Positions 9,674-18,614 of a stretch of DNA of 64,000 nucleotides are shown piece by piece (position 1 is the first letter of the stretch; every line of letters starts with the position of its first letter). The notes under the pieces were generated by a model. The model searched no databases. It was given only the letters and a program-made list of their open reading frames with translations, and had not been told where the DNA came from. The position numbers were made by a program, and so were the translations under genes. Source of the stretch: Minisyncoccota bacterium. Its GTDB lineage: Bacteria > Patescibacteriota > Minisyncoccia > Phycocordibacterales > CAJBRS01. The stretch covers positions 272,411 to 336,410 of the forward strand of contig DASRDX010000009.1 in the NCBI GenBank assembly GCA_035652395.1. The letters run 5' to 3'.

Positions 9674-10126
9674 ATGGCTCTACAGCAGCAAATTAAGGAC
9701 CAAATCAAAGAAGCAATGCTCGCCAAAGAGGCAGTCAGATTGAGTGTTTTGCGCGGCCTTTCTTCGGCTTTTACCAATGAATTAGTGGCTACTAAGCGAA
9801 AGCCTGATGTCGAGCTTCCCGATGAAGAAGCGATTAGCGTTATTCGACGGCAGGTAAAGCAGAGAAAAGATTCAATTGAACAGTTTCGGAAAGGCGGCCG
9901 CGAGGATTTGGCGGCCGCCGAAGAAGCGGAGATGAAAATTCTGGAAGTTTATCTTCCTCAAATGATGAGCCGGGAAGAGATTCTCAAAGTAGCAGAAGCG
10001 AAGAAAGCCGAACTCGGTATCACCGACAAATCCAAGATGGGTGCCTTCATGGGCGCCGTGATGAAAGAATTAAAAGGCCGCGCCGACGGCGCGGCCGTCA
10101 AAGAAGTAGTTGAAAGTTTATTTTAA
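9674..10126 (+). CDS. GatB/YqeY domain protein
   Basis: characteristic YqeY sequence throughout. Confidence 0.85.
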   Translation: MALQQQIKDQIKEAMLAKEAVRLSVLRGLSSAFTNELVATKRKPDVELPDEEAISVIRRQVKQRKDSIEQFRKGGREDLAAAEEAEMKILEVYLPQMMSREEILKVAEAKKAELGITDKSKMGAFMGAVMKELKGRADGAAVKEVVESLF

Positions 10127-10422
10127 TGTCACAAGAACAATTTAAACAAATAGAATGGGAGAGTAAGGAACAAATTCATAATCTGGCTGATGAAGTCGAG
10201 AGTCGTTTACCTATATCCGATGTAGAAAGACAGAAGGAAATTTCCAAAATTATTGTTGATAAGGAAGTCCCGGCAGAAATAGCTCCTTTTGTTCATAAAA
10301 AGGTTGCCGATGAATTAAGACAACGCAAAGAAAGATTCTATGAATCTGTTGGCGGGAAAGAAAATTTTGAAAGAGGGGCAAAAAGAAATGCTTTTCAAAA
10401 CGAGTTCCCAGAAGATCTATAA
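10126..10422 (+). CDS. hypothetical small acidic helical protein
   Basis: ORF; ATGA overlap with the yqeY stop. Confidence 0.45.
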   Translation: MSQEQFKQIEWESKEQIHNLADEVESRLPISDVERQKEISKIIVDKEVPAEIAPFVHKKVADELRQRKERFYESVGGKENFERGAKRNAFQNEFPEDL

Positions 10423-10459
10423 TTGACTTCTCGAAACAGAGTGATAATCTTGGAGCGGA

Positions 10460-10762
10460 ATGAATAACGCCCTTTTTTCTCTTCGCTCTCAACCATATGA
10501 ACAGATTTCCGTTATCCTGATAATATCTTCCGCGATAGTGGAGATTAGCGAAAACAAAATTCTTAGCCAAGAACAGAGGCAAAAGCGTGAAGAGCTTTTA
10601 AGAAATTGCTGGCATGGTGCGGCTTTAAGCTTAGCCCATTATATCCAGCGTCGAGCCAGCGCGCCTGAAACTGTTCAGATTCTCGAATATTTTCGAAAAA
10701 TCGCTCCTCATACTGCAGCTGGTTTTCAACAAGGTTATCTTCAGCCGCGAAAGGAGTCCTGA
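10460..10762 (+). CDS. hypothetical small protein
   Basis: ORF only. Confidence 0.4.
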   Translation: MNNALFSLRSQPYEQISVILIISSAIVEISENKILSQEQRQKREELLRNCWHGAALSLAHYIQRRASAPETVQILEYFRKIAPHTAAGFQQGYLQPRKES

Positions 10763-10764
10763 TA

Positions 10765-11061
10765 ATGTGGGACTTCAACAATCCTGACCACTGTAAAACG
10801 ACCAGGACAGAATTGGAAAATTTTCGAAAAGCTCACCCAAGTATTAATGAGCAACAAGCCATTAGCATCGTCCTGGAGCGTCATCCGATGGACGAGACAA
10901 ATCGCGAGTCTTTTCGAAAATTTTTGACCGCGGTAAATCGAGGTATAGAGCAACGTCGACGAAAACGTCAGTACTTTGCTCATCACCGCGCCTATGAAGA
11001 GGTTCGAGAGGCTGCGATGAATAGACCACGCCCCAAAATCAGGAGACTGCCCTCTTCTTGA
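10765..11061 (+). CDS. hypothetical small basic protein
   Basis: ORF; starts 3 nt after the previous stop. Confidence 0.4.
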   Translation: MWDFNNPDHCKTTRTELENFRKAHPSINEQQAISIVLERHPMDETNRESFRKFLTAVNRGIEQRRRKRQYFAHHRAYEEVREAAMNRPRPKIRRLPSS

Positions 11062-11590
11062 GAGTAGTCTTTTTATTTAATACAAATCTCCAGGGTTTCT
11101 TGGCCCAATAATCGCCAGCGTAATTGATGCCGATGCGGGGAGTCTTGAGAATTTCAGATTTTTTAATTTTGATTCCCCGGTCTTCAATCCATAAGCCGCT
11201 TGTCCGCATAGCGGGTTTCGTATTTAATCTTCGGTCAATCTCCAACAATCTAGTCAGTTTGCCAGGGCCGCCGGCCTTGCCGGCGGCCCTGATCAAAACG
11301 GCGGCCGGATAATCTTTTGGCCCAGTGACAATGTTGAGCATTTCATACATGCCATACACTAAATAAACATACCAGTGACCCGCTTCGCCAAACATCACTT
11401 CTGTTCGAGCCGTTCTCCCTTTCGAAGCGTGGCAAGCTAAATCCTTCTCGCCATCATAAGCTTCGGTTTCAGTAATCATTAAAGCAATCTCTTTTCGGCC
11501 AATTTTTCGCACCAAATACTTCCCTACCAAATCCTCCGCCACTTTCAAAACCGGCCGATGGAAGAATCTTTTGTCTAAGACTTTTCGCAT
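11039..11590 (-). CDS. DNA-3-methyladenine glycosylase (MPG/AAG family)
   Basis: ETEAYDGEKDLACHASKGRTARTEVMFGEAGHWYVYLVYGMYEMLNIV matches the MPG core. Confidence 0.85.
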   Translation of the reverse strand: MRKVLDKRFFHRPVLKVAEDLVGKYLVRKIGRKEIALMITETEAYDGEKDLACHASKGRTARTEVMFGEAGHWYVYLVYGMYEMLNIVTGPKDYPAAVLIRAAGKAGGPGKLTRLLEIDRRLNTKPAMRTSGLWIEDRGIKIKKSEILKTPRIGINYAGDYWAKKPWRFVLNKKTTLKKRAVS

Positions 11591-11641
11591 GATTTAGGAG
11601 TATAACAGATTGACTTCAGAGACATTAGTGATAGGTTAAAA

Positions 11642-12397
11642 ATGGATATGATAAAACCCATACTTCATGATTTATCTCAAATAGAGGAGAAGCCTGTTCT
11701 TTACAGCGAAGCTCACTGGATAGACATTTTCCGGCAAAAAGGTGCATGGTGGCAACATGATGGAAATCCGAAACGGCCACATGCCCTGCTTACTAACGGT
11801 GATCACAGCGACGGTTTCTTCAATTGCGGATTAGTTCTCGAAGATGCTCTTGTGGTCGAAGAGATTTCGAGAGATCTAGTTGGTAAACTTTGTTTAAAAG
11901 GTTACAAAAACAACGTTTACAGTGAAAAGCCGCATTATGTTGTTGGTCCGGCGATGGGAGCCATTGTCCTTGCATACGCTGTGGCGCTGGAGCTTCAACG
12001 GACGTGGATACCGAGTTTGGTAGATAACCCATTCGTCTGGCGGAGCGTATTTACAGAAAAGGAGGAGCCGTCCGAAATGGTATTTAAGCGGATCGTACCT
12101 CCTCGCGGTTCTGTAGCCTTACCGATCGAGGATACCATAACAACAAGCAAGAGTGTCGGTAAGACCATCTCAGCTTGTGAACAAGCAGGAATGGAAGTCC
12201 TTCCGTATGTCCTAGCTGTTCTTAACAGATCGGACCTAATGACAGTCGGGCAAGGTAATGGTCAAATTGTAGCTTTGGTCACTAAGCGAATGAACAATTG
12301 GTCTCCGGCTGAATGCCCTTTGTGTAAGAAAGGTTCAAAAGCCCTTCGTCCAAAGACTCCAGCCAGTAACTGGGATCTTCTCACGGCTACTTATTAG
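11642..12397 (+). CDS. phosphoribosyltransferase-fold protein (type I PRTase-like, OPRTase-like PRPP-binding motif VALPIEDTITTSKSV)
   Basis: motif resemblance only. Confidence 0.5.
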   Translation: MDMIKPILHDLSQIEEKPVLYSEAHWIDIFRQKGAWWQHDGNPKRPHALLTNGDHSDGFFNCGLVLEDALVVEEISRDLVGKLCLKGYKNNVYSEKPHYVVGPAMGAIVLAYAVALELQRTWIPSLVDNPFVWRSVFTEKEEPSEMVFKRIVPPRGSVALPIEDTITTSKSVGKTISACEQAGMEVLPYVLAVLNRSDLMTVGQGNGQIVALVTKRMNNWSPAECPLCKKGSKALRPKTPASNWDLLTATY

Positions 12398-12400
12398 TGC

Positions 12401-12438
12401 AGGCGGCGCGACTTTTAAACGCGCCGCCTTTTTATTTG
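12401..12438 (+). terminator. rho-independent terminator (ggcggcgcg ... cgcgccgcc ttttta)
   Basis: seen in sequence. Confidence 0.6.
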
Positions 12439-12478
12439 CCTCCCTATTCTTTATTCGTTATTCTTAGTTCGTTCAAAG

Positions 12479-12551
12479 AGGCCCTATCGTCTAACGGTTA
12501 GGACACGAGCTTCTCAAGCTCGGAATCCGGGTTCGATTCCCGGTAGGGTCA
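12479..12551 (+). tRNA. tRNA-Glu, anticodon CUC; the T-arm has an extra nucleotide (8-nt T-loop or a bulge)
   Basis: manual cloverleaf: 7-bp acceptor, D-arm GTCT/GGAC, anticodon stem CGAGC/GCTCG with loop TTCTCAA, T-arm CCGGG TTCGATTC CCCGG, discriminator A; CC follows. Confidence 0.75.
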
Positions 12552-12628
12552 CCGGTCAATTTGGCGGCTTAAAATATAAGTTTTAATTTTTTCAACAGAA
12601 AACTTTTTCGAACTGCTGATATAATTTA

Positions 12629-13285
12629 GTGGTGAAAAAATTCTTTATATTTATCTTAGTTATCGTCATTGCACTCATACTGACTTTTTTCATATGGGGA
12701 TTTATAAAAGATTTCTCACCATCACCAATTTCTTCACTTACTAATCCACCCAAACCTGACGCCGCACACGCTCCCGTTGTCATTAATAATGGAACGAGAT
12801 ACTTTACTCTCAATGGAGAATTCTCAATTATCTTGCCACGTGAATATCAAGTATCCACCCAATATGGGATTCCCGGTAAGCAGATTATGCCCCCTGAAGC
12901 AGGAGCACAAATCTTTATTGCTACCAGTTCCGATACTTTAATCGATATTAGAAATTTACGAAGTAGTTATAGCAAAGATTTTACTCAAAAGGAGGCAGTC
13001 GATACACTTTCTAAATTTGGAGAATCCCTCAATATAAATAATTTTACAGGTGAAAGCTTCGGGTCTGTAACCGAAGTCCGGTTAGGGTCTAATTATTATG
13101 GGGTTAGAGTGGGAACCGCGCCGGAGACAAGATCTGATAATGGTCAACCAATTACCAGGAATATTCGGCAATATATTACCTACTATAACCAAGCTTCTTA
13201 CATTATTGAATTTGTCGATTATGCTCCTAATTCGATAAACGACTCTTCGTCGGATCAAATTGTTTCAACTATTAATTTTAATTGA
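12629..13285 (+). CDS. hypothetical membrane-anchored/secreted protein
   Basis: N-terminal TM helix; no motif. Confidence 0.5.
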   Translation: MVKKFFIFILVIVIALILTFFIWGFIKDFSPSPISSLTNPPKPDAAHAPVVINNGTRYFTLNGEFSIILPREYQVSTQYGIPGKQIMPPEAGAQIFIATSSDTLIDIRNLRSSYSKDFTQKEAVDTLSKFGESLNINNFTGESFGSVTEVRLGSNYYGVRVGTAPETRSDNGQPITRNIRQYITYYNQASYIIEFVDYAPNSINDSSSDQIVSTINFN

Positions 13286-13365
13286 TTGATTCCTGATTGG
13301 ATATAATTCCGCTGCTTCCCAAGTTCTGAAAGCTACCCTATGGGGTCATGAAAATGGGTTAGAAA

Positions 13366-13400
13366 AGAGTGAACTGCTTCACTCTTTCATGTTTTTATAA
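13366..13400 (+). terminator. rho-independent terminator (agagtgaa ctgc ttcactct plus T-run)
   Basis: seen in sequence. Confidence 0.55.
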
Positions 13401-13636
13401 AGCCGGAGTATATCGCCATCTCTAGCCGATGCGAGGCGGGGTCGCGAACATTTAGTCCTCGCAGTGTTGTTTTTTTCAACCCGAGAAGACGTAGTGATTC
13501 GTGACATAAGATAAATTGTTTTTTGGAATTTTTGCTGCATCAAAAATATCCGTGACCGAGCTTACCGGTCGGGTCATAAAAGCACTCTTTATTTTGAAAT
13601 TGATTTTGGGCTTTTCTCCTGTTAGGCTGAAGATAG

Positions 13637-14266
13637 ATGAAATTACCTCACGACCTTGAAAAATTGAGAAAGCTAAGGCTGAAAATTTCCGACTTAAAGT
13701 TGTTCATTTTAGAGCGTCGAAAAGTCCTCCGTAATCATCGGGACCAGAGACTAGATGATCGTTGTTGGCTCGATGATTATCTCTTATTCGCCTTTCTTGA
13801 CGATTCGCCCCCCACGCCTACTCGTTTGCCGCCATTCCACCTGATGATGAAAGAGTGTGGATCTTTCTACTTTCATTGTCGGGCAGATGAAGCAGACCCG
13901 GTTCCGGCCGATGCAATTCTTGATCCATTGGAGTGGGATCGGGATCTAGAGATTGTAAACGAACATGATTTCTTTATGCATCTTCATAGTATGCAGCAAG
14001 GATTCTTAATCCTACGGGAAATTAAAAGTCGACCCAAGACGGTCGATGATTACCGTCGGCTTTACAGTACACTACCAGAAAAGTTGCCAGCCGATTTCAG
14101 GCTGCCGCCTGAGCCAGACTTTCTCGGCGAAAGAAAAGCTCCATATGCTGGCTGCCCTTCCTTCTGGCGAAGTCACAACGTCTGCAAAGGTCCCTGCTGC
14201 CTTGATAGATGGGGACCGTGTGACCAAATTGCCTTAAGGCAGATTGAAGCTTCTTTAAAGAGATAG
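13637..14266 (+). CDS. hypothetical protein, Asp/Arg/Pro/Cys-rich with a Cys-cluster C-terminus; GC higher than its neighbours
   Basis: ORF followed by a terminator; no recognisable family. Confidence 0.45.
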   Translation: MKLPHDLEKLRKLRLKISDLKLFILERRKVLRNHRDQRLDDRCWLDDYLLFAFLDDSPPTPTRLPPFHLMMKECGSFYFHCRADEADPVPADAILDPLEWDRDLEIVNEHDFFMHLHSMQQGFLILREIKSRPKTVDDYRRLYSTLPEKLPADFRLPPEPDFLGERKAPYAGCPSFWRSHNVCKGPCCLDRWGPCDQIALRQIEASLKR

Positions 14267-14269
14267 ATC

Positions 14270-14299
14270 GGTCGCGCGAGAATACGCGCGACTTTTTAT
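14270..14299 (+). terminator. rho-independent terminator (gtcgcgcg agaata cgcgcgac ttttt)
   Basis: seen in sequence. Confidence 0.65.
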
Positions 14300-15631
14300 T
14301 TACCTCCTCATCCACTCCTCATCCTGACGAACTAAAAGTTGTTTTTTGAGAGCTGGTTCGGCCATCACCTCTTCTACTACCCTTTCCATTCGAACTCCTT
14401 GCGAACCTTTTACTAAAATTAAATCGCCAGCTTTAATCAGTGATTCGAGAAGCTTCCCCGCCTCGCGCGAATCTTCACACTGATAAATTACTTTTTCGCT
14501 CAAGCCGCCATTCAGGGCTCCTTCAGCAATATACTTAGCTCGCAATCCAACTGTAATTAAAATATCTGAAACGGCGGCCGCAATCTCGCCCAATCTCTTG
14601 TGCTCCTCAGCCGAGTGCCGCCCGATCTCCAACATATCTCCCAAGACGGCCATCTTCCGCCCGTTTACTTTTGCTTCTTTCAAAGTCTTCAAGGCCTCTT
14701 CCAGAGCAACCGGCGAAGAATTATAAGTATCATCAATAATCATAGTCTCCTTCTCCCCAGCCACTAGATGCATGCGTCCCGGAGCGGGCAGATGCTTTTC
14801 AAAAACGGAGGTAATAGAAAGGAGTGGCAGACCTTCGGCAATTCCCACCAAGAGGGCCGCTAAAATCGGATACATATGATGTTCTCCCAGCACTCCGCTG
14901 ATCACTACAGGCAAACTATTCCCTTCATAATCGGCTTTGAAAGCAAACCCTTGAGGAAATCGGTTAGTCTCCTCGTAGAGAATGGCGTAAGCATCTCCGG
15001 AAAGAGTAGCCGAGCGATCGGTGCCGTAAGTTAGAGTTCTCTCTTGAGAGAGGGTTTTCATGGACATGGCGTCTTCATCATCAGCATTCAAAATCAAAGT
15101 GCCGCCTTTTTTCAAGGCTCTGACCAAATTTCCTTTCTCATTTACCACTTCTTCTCGAGATTCGAAAAACTCAATATGCGCCGGCACTGTCCCGAAACGA
15201 GTAATAACTGTTACATCTGGTTTTAACCAGCGTGTTAGTTTCTCCAATCCTCCAGGCCGATCCACTCCGATTTCCAGCACTAACCATTTTGGGTATTTGG
15301 CTTTAGTTAAAATCAATTTAAAACCGGCCAGAATATTGCCAAACCAGATCCAAAAGCTGTTCCAGCCGTTAGGGCGGCCTAGAATGGTCAGCGGTACGCC
15401 GAGCTGGCTATTGAAACTTTTATCGCTTTTTCGGACATGAAATTGACTGGAAAGGACGACGTAGATGGCGTCTTTGGTGGAAGTCTTGCCAACACTTCCG
15501 GTAACGGCCACAATCTTGGGCTTATATTTTTTTAAAACTACCCGCGATTGCCACCAAATAATAGAGAGTACGATTTGTCGGAAAAATGATTTCATAATTG
15601 ATTCCGTCATTCCAGCCTTAGCGGGAATCAC
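14300..15631 (-). CDS. murF: UDP-N-acetylmuramoyl-tripeptide--D-alanyl-D-alanine ligase MurF (short N-terminal domain)
   Basis: Mur ligase P-loop VAVTGSVGKTST and the MurF-type DDTYNSSP motif; position at the end of the dcw cluster. Confidence 0.8.
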   Translation of the reverse strand: MIPAKAGMTESIMKSFFRQIVLSIIWWQSRVVLKKYKPKIVAVTGSVGKTSTKDAIYVVLSSQFHVRKSDKSFNSQLGVPLTILGRPNGWNSFWIWFGNILAGFKLILTKAKYPKWLVLEIGVDRPGGLEKLTRWLKPDVTVITRFGTVPAHIEFFESREEVVNEKGNLVRALKKGGTLILNADDEDAMSMKTLSQERTLTYGTDRSATLSGDAYAILYEETNRFPQGFAFKADYEGNSLPVVISGVLGEHHMYPILAALLVGIAEGLPLLSITSVFEKHLPAPGRMHLVAGEKETMIIDDTYNSSPVALEEALKTLKEAKVNGRKMAVLGDMLEIGRHSAEEHKRLGEIAAAVSDILITVGLRAKYIAEGALNGGLSEKVIYQCEDSREAGKLLESLIKAGDLILVKGSQGVRMERVVEEVMAEPALKKQLLVRQDEEWMRR

Positions 15632-15634
15632 AAT

Positions 15635-17374
15635 CTATCTGTCCGGCGGAATATTGTAATAGTTTATCAAAAATTTAGTTAAATCGAGAAAGGCCGGGGC
15701 CAAAGTTTCGGAAGAAAATCTTACTCCCTTGGGATAGACGGTGTACATAAAAACTAAAAACTGCGGATCATAGGCCGGCAAATATCCGAAGAAAGAGTGC
15801 AGATATCGATCTTCGTAATAACCGCCGCCGCTCGGTAAAGCAATTTGGGCCGTTCCAGTTTTCTCGGCAATGCTGTAATGAGGATTTTTCGCTTGGCCGT
15901 TTTGTAGATATTGATCAAAGTCAGTCACCAACATTTTAGTAATGGCTTCAGAGGTGGAAGCCTTGATCACCTGTGGTCCAACCGGCCAGTCCAAAGTTTT
16001 GGAATAACCGAGAGTGTAATTAATTTGTTTAACCACATGCGGAGTCACCAGATTTCCACCATTAGCTAAAGCGCTTTCCGCCCTGACCATTTCCATCGGC
16101 GTCATGGCAATACCCTGACCGAAAGCAGCCGTCCAATGCTCAATGTCGCGCGGACTGTCCAAGTTTTTGATTAAGCCATTCGTTTCGTTCGGTAAATCAA
16201 TACCCGTTTTCTGGCCCAAGCCGAATTTTTTCATATAATCGGAAAAGGTTTTGTTACCGATTTTACTTTCGGCGAAAGCGAAACCGGTGTTCAAAGACTG
16301 CCCGAGAGCCTGCTGCAAACTAATGTACCCTCGACCCTTCAAGTCGAAGTTGTGAATGGTGTAACCATTGGCGCTCATCGAACCGGTGTCATTATACATG
16401 GTGTTGGCATTAATGACGCCGGTATCAAGACCGATAGCCATTGTAAAGGGCTTAACAATGGAGCCCATTTCGTGAACATTTTCCACTAATGGATTACTGA
16501 AGATGTTGGAAGACTTTTCTTTCTGAAAACTGTTTGGATTAAAAGTCGGATCAACGGCCATGGCGTAGATTTCTCCATTTTTCGGATTGATGATAATACC
16601 GCCGGCGCTCTCGGAAGAATAATCGTGCATTACGCCGTCTAAAGTGCTCTGAAGCGTGGCTTGAACGGTCGGTTCTATAGTAGTAACGATGTCCCCTTCC
16701 AAAGAATCCTGCTCGGTAATGGTTTTGTCCAAATTGGAAAAAATTTCGGCAAAAAAATTAACGTACATATCGTCATTCCCACGTGAAAGAGTACTGTCAT
16801 ATTTTCTCTCCAGTCCGTAGCGCCCCGATAAATCATTGCCACTATTGCCACTATAAGCGACAAAACCGAGGGCGTGTGCCGCTAAAGTGTTGCCGGGGTA
16901 AAAGCGCCACTGGGATTTATAAATGCCGAGACCGGGAATTTTCAGATTGTTGATGGCATTAGCCGGTGTTGGATCAACTTTAGTAGCTATCTCAATATAG
17001 GTTTGATTTTTGTTGGCAGCCTTGCTTAAAAAATCTGTCTTGTCCAGAGTCGGCAGATAAGTTTTTATTTTTTCATAAGTGGCGTCCGGGTTGTTAGTTA
17101 AAGTCTTAGGGTTGATAGCAACTGTAAAGCCGGCTTTCAGCGTGGCCCCCGAAATCAGAGTACCATTCTTGTCGGTAAAATAAATGTCGCCTCGATTGAA
17201 CATTGAATCGGGCGATTGAACGTATTGGCGATCAGCTTTCTGGGCAAAATCGCTGCCATGCACAATTTGAAGAAGATAGAGTTTGCCAATCAGACAGAGG
17301 CCGAAAAGGAGGACACCGATGGAAATAAACCTTATTCTGGTCTGAAAATTAGGCTTCGCCATCAGCTCGGACAT
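15635..17374 (-). CDS. ftsI: penicillin-binding protein, division transpeptidase FtsI/PBP3-like
   Basis: SxxK (SIVKP), SxN (SLN) and KTG (KTGTA) motifs; N-terminal TM; dcw context. Confidence 0.85.
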   Translation of the reverse strand: MSELMAKPNFQTRIRFISIGVLLFGLCLIGKLYLLQIVHGSDFAQKADRQYVQSPDSMFNRGDIYFTDKNGTLISGATLKAGFTVAINPKTLTNNPDATYEKIKTYLPTLDKTDFLSKAANKNQTYIEIATKVDPTPANAINNLKIPGLGIYKSQWRFYPGNTLAAHALGFVAYSGNSGNDLSGRYGLERKYDSTLSRGNDDMYVNFFAEIFSNLDKTITEQDSLEGDIVTTIEPTVQATLQSTLDGVMHDYSSESAGGIIINPKNGEIYAMAVDPTFNPNSFQKEKSSNIFSNPLVENVHEMGSIVKPFTMAIGLDTGVINANTMYNDTGSMSANGYTIHNFDLKGRGYISLQQALGQSLNTGFAFAESKIGNKTFSDYMKKFGLGQKTGIDLPNETNGLIKNLDSPRDIEHWTAAFGQGIAMTPMEMVRAESALANGGNLVTPHVVKQINYTLGYSKTLDWPVGPQVIKASTSEAITKMLVTDFDQYLQNGQAKNPHYSIAEKTGTAQIALPSGGGYYEDRYLHSFFGYLPAYDPQFLVFMYTVYPKGVRFSSETLAPAFLDLTKFLINYYNIPPDR

Positions 17375-17379
17375 TAAGC

Positions 17380-17718
17380 CTATTCTACCGTATTGGAAGA
17401 GAGGCGGCCAAGAGCCGGCCGGTTAATATATTTAGTGTCAGTGGTCTGACTAAAGCCCAGGGAATGGGCCAAGTTGAGATTGATGTTATTTTTCAGAGAC
17501 ATGTAATTTGATTCCAGAGATCCTAATTGAGTGTTGAGAAGAGTGATATTCTTCTCGGCCCGCTGTCTTGCCACTACATTCCAGACAGTTTTGTTCACCA
17601 AATATCCATAAATTCCGACAAATAAAATTAGGGCCAAAATAACTCCCCAAAAAACTACTGGTGATTCCAGTCTGTTTAACGATCCCGTTCTATTTAATTG
17701 TAATGCGCGAGCTCTCAT
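17380..17718 (-). CDS. ftsL: cell division protein FtsL-like (small bitopic coiled-coil protein)
   Basis: size, single TM, leucine-zipper-like periodicity, position between rsmH and ftsI. Confidence 0.6.
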   Translation of the reverse strand: MRARALQLNRTGSLNRLESPVVFWGVILALILFVGIYGYLVNKTVWNVVARQRAEKNITLLNTQLGSLESNYMSLKNNINLNLAHSLGFSQTTDTKYINRPALGRLSSNTVE

Positions 17719-18614
17719 TTTATTTTTTCTACAAGCCTCAACTTTGCACTGCGAGAGCGAGGATTTGCCTTAATCTCTTCCCTACTTGGTACAATAGCCT
17801 TCTTGTTAATTAAACTAATAAATAATTCTTTCTTTTTATTATTGAAAAATTGTTTGACAATCCGATCTTCCAAGCTGTGAAAGGAAATCACTGCCAGTCG
17901 GCCGCCGATTTCCAATCTCTCCAGTGCCTTTATCAATCCTTCTTTCAGAGCGCTTAATTCGTCGTTAGTAGCAATGCGCAGGGCCTGAAAAGTACGAGTG
18001 GCAAAGTGGATTTTGCCACGGCGGTAAAAGACTGGAACGGCCCTTTCGATGATTCGAACTAAATCGAAAGTAGTCTCAATGACCTTCTTTTGCCGTTCGG
18101 CCACAATCGCTTTAGCAATTCGTCGAGAGAATCGTTCTCCGCCGAAACCGTAGATGATATCGGCCAGATTTTCTTCCTGCCAAGTGTTGACGATGTTTCG
18201 GGCCGTTAAAGGCGAATTCTCTGGATTTCCGAAGGTCATTAAGAGCGGTTCGTCTTTTTGAAAGCTAAATCCCTTGCCTGATCGCTCCAGTTCATTTGAA
18301 CTCAAGCCAAGGTCAAAAAGGATTTTTGTCACTTTAGGTTTACCGAGCTCGTCCAGAGCTTGGTCGAGGTTCCGAAAATTTGCCACTTTTAAGGCAAATT
18401 TTCGGCTAAAGGGCTCAATAGCCTCTTTGGCCAATTGAAGGGCTTGTGGGTCAAGATCAAAGCCTATTATCTCCACCCGCTCACCAAAGCGCCGTGCTAT
18501 CTCGGCACTGTGGCCTCCGCCTCCCAAAGTAGCATCAAGAAAGATGTCTCCATCCTTAAGATCTAAATTGTCTAAACTCTGATTTAAAAGAACACTCTGG
18601 TGGACATTTTTCAT
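17715..18614 (-). CDS. rsmH: 16S rRNA (cytosine1402-N4)-methyltransferase RsmH/MraW
   Basis: LDATLGGGGHS SAM-binding motif; full-length similarity. Confidence 0.95.
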   Translation of the reverse strand: MKNVHQSVLLNQSLDNLDLKDGDIFLDATLGGGGHSAEIARRFGERVEIIGFDLDPQALQLAKEAIEPFSRKFALKVANFRNLDQALDELGKPKVTKILFDLGLSSNELERSGKGFSFQKDEPLLMTFGNPENSPLTARNIVNTWQEENLADIIYGFGGERFSRRIAKAIVAERQKKVIETTFDLVRIIERAVPVFYRRGKIHFATRTFQALRIATNDELSALKEGLIKALERLEIGGRLAVISFHSLEDRIVKQFFNNKKKELFISLINKKAIVPSREEIKANPRSRSAKLRLVEKIK

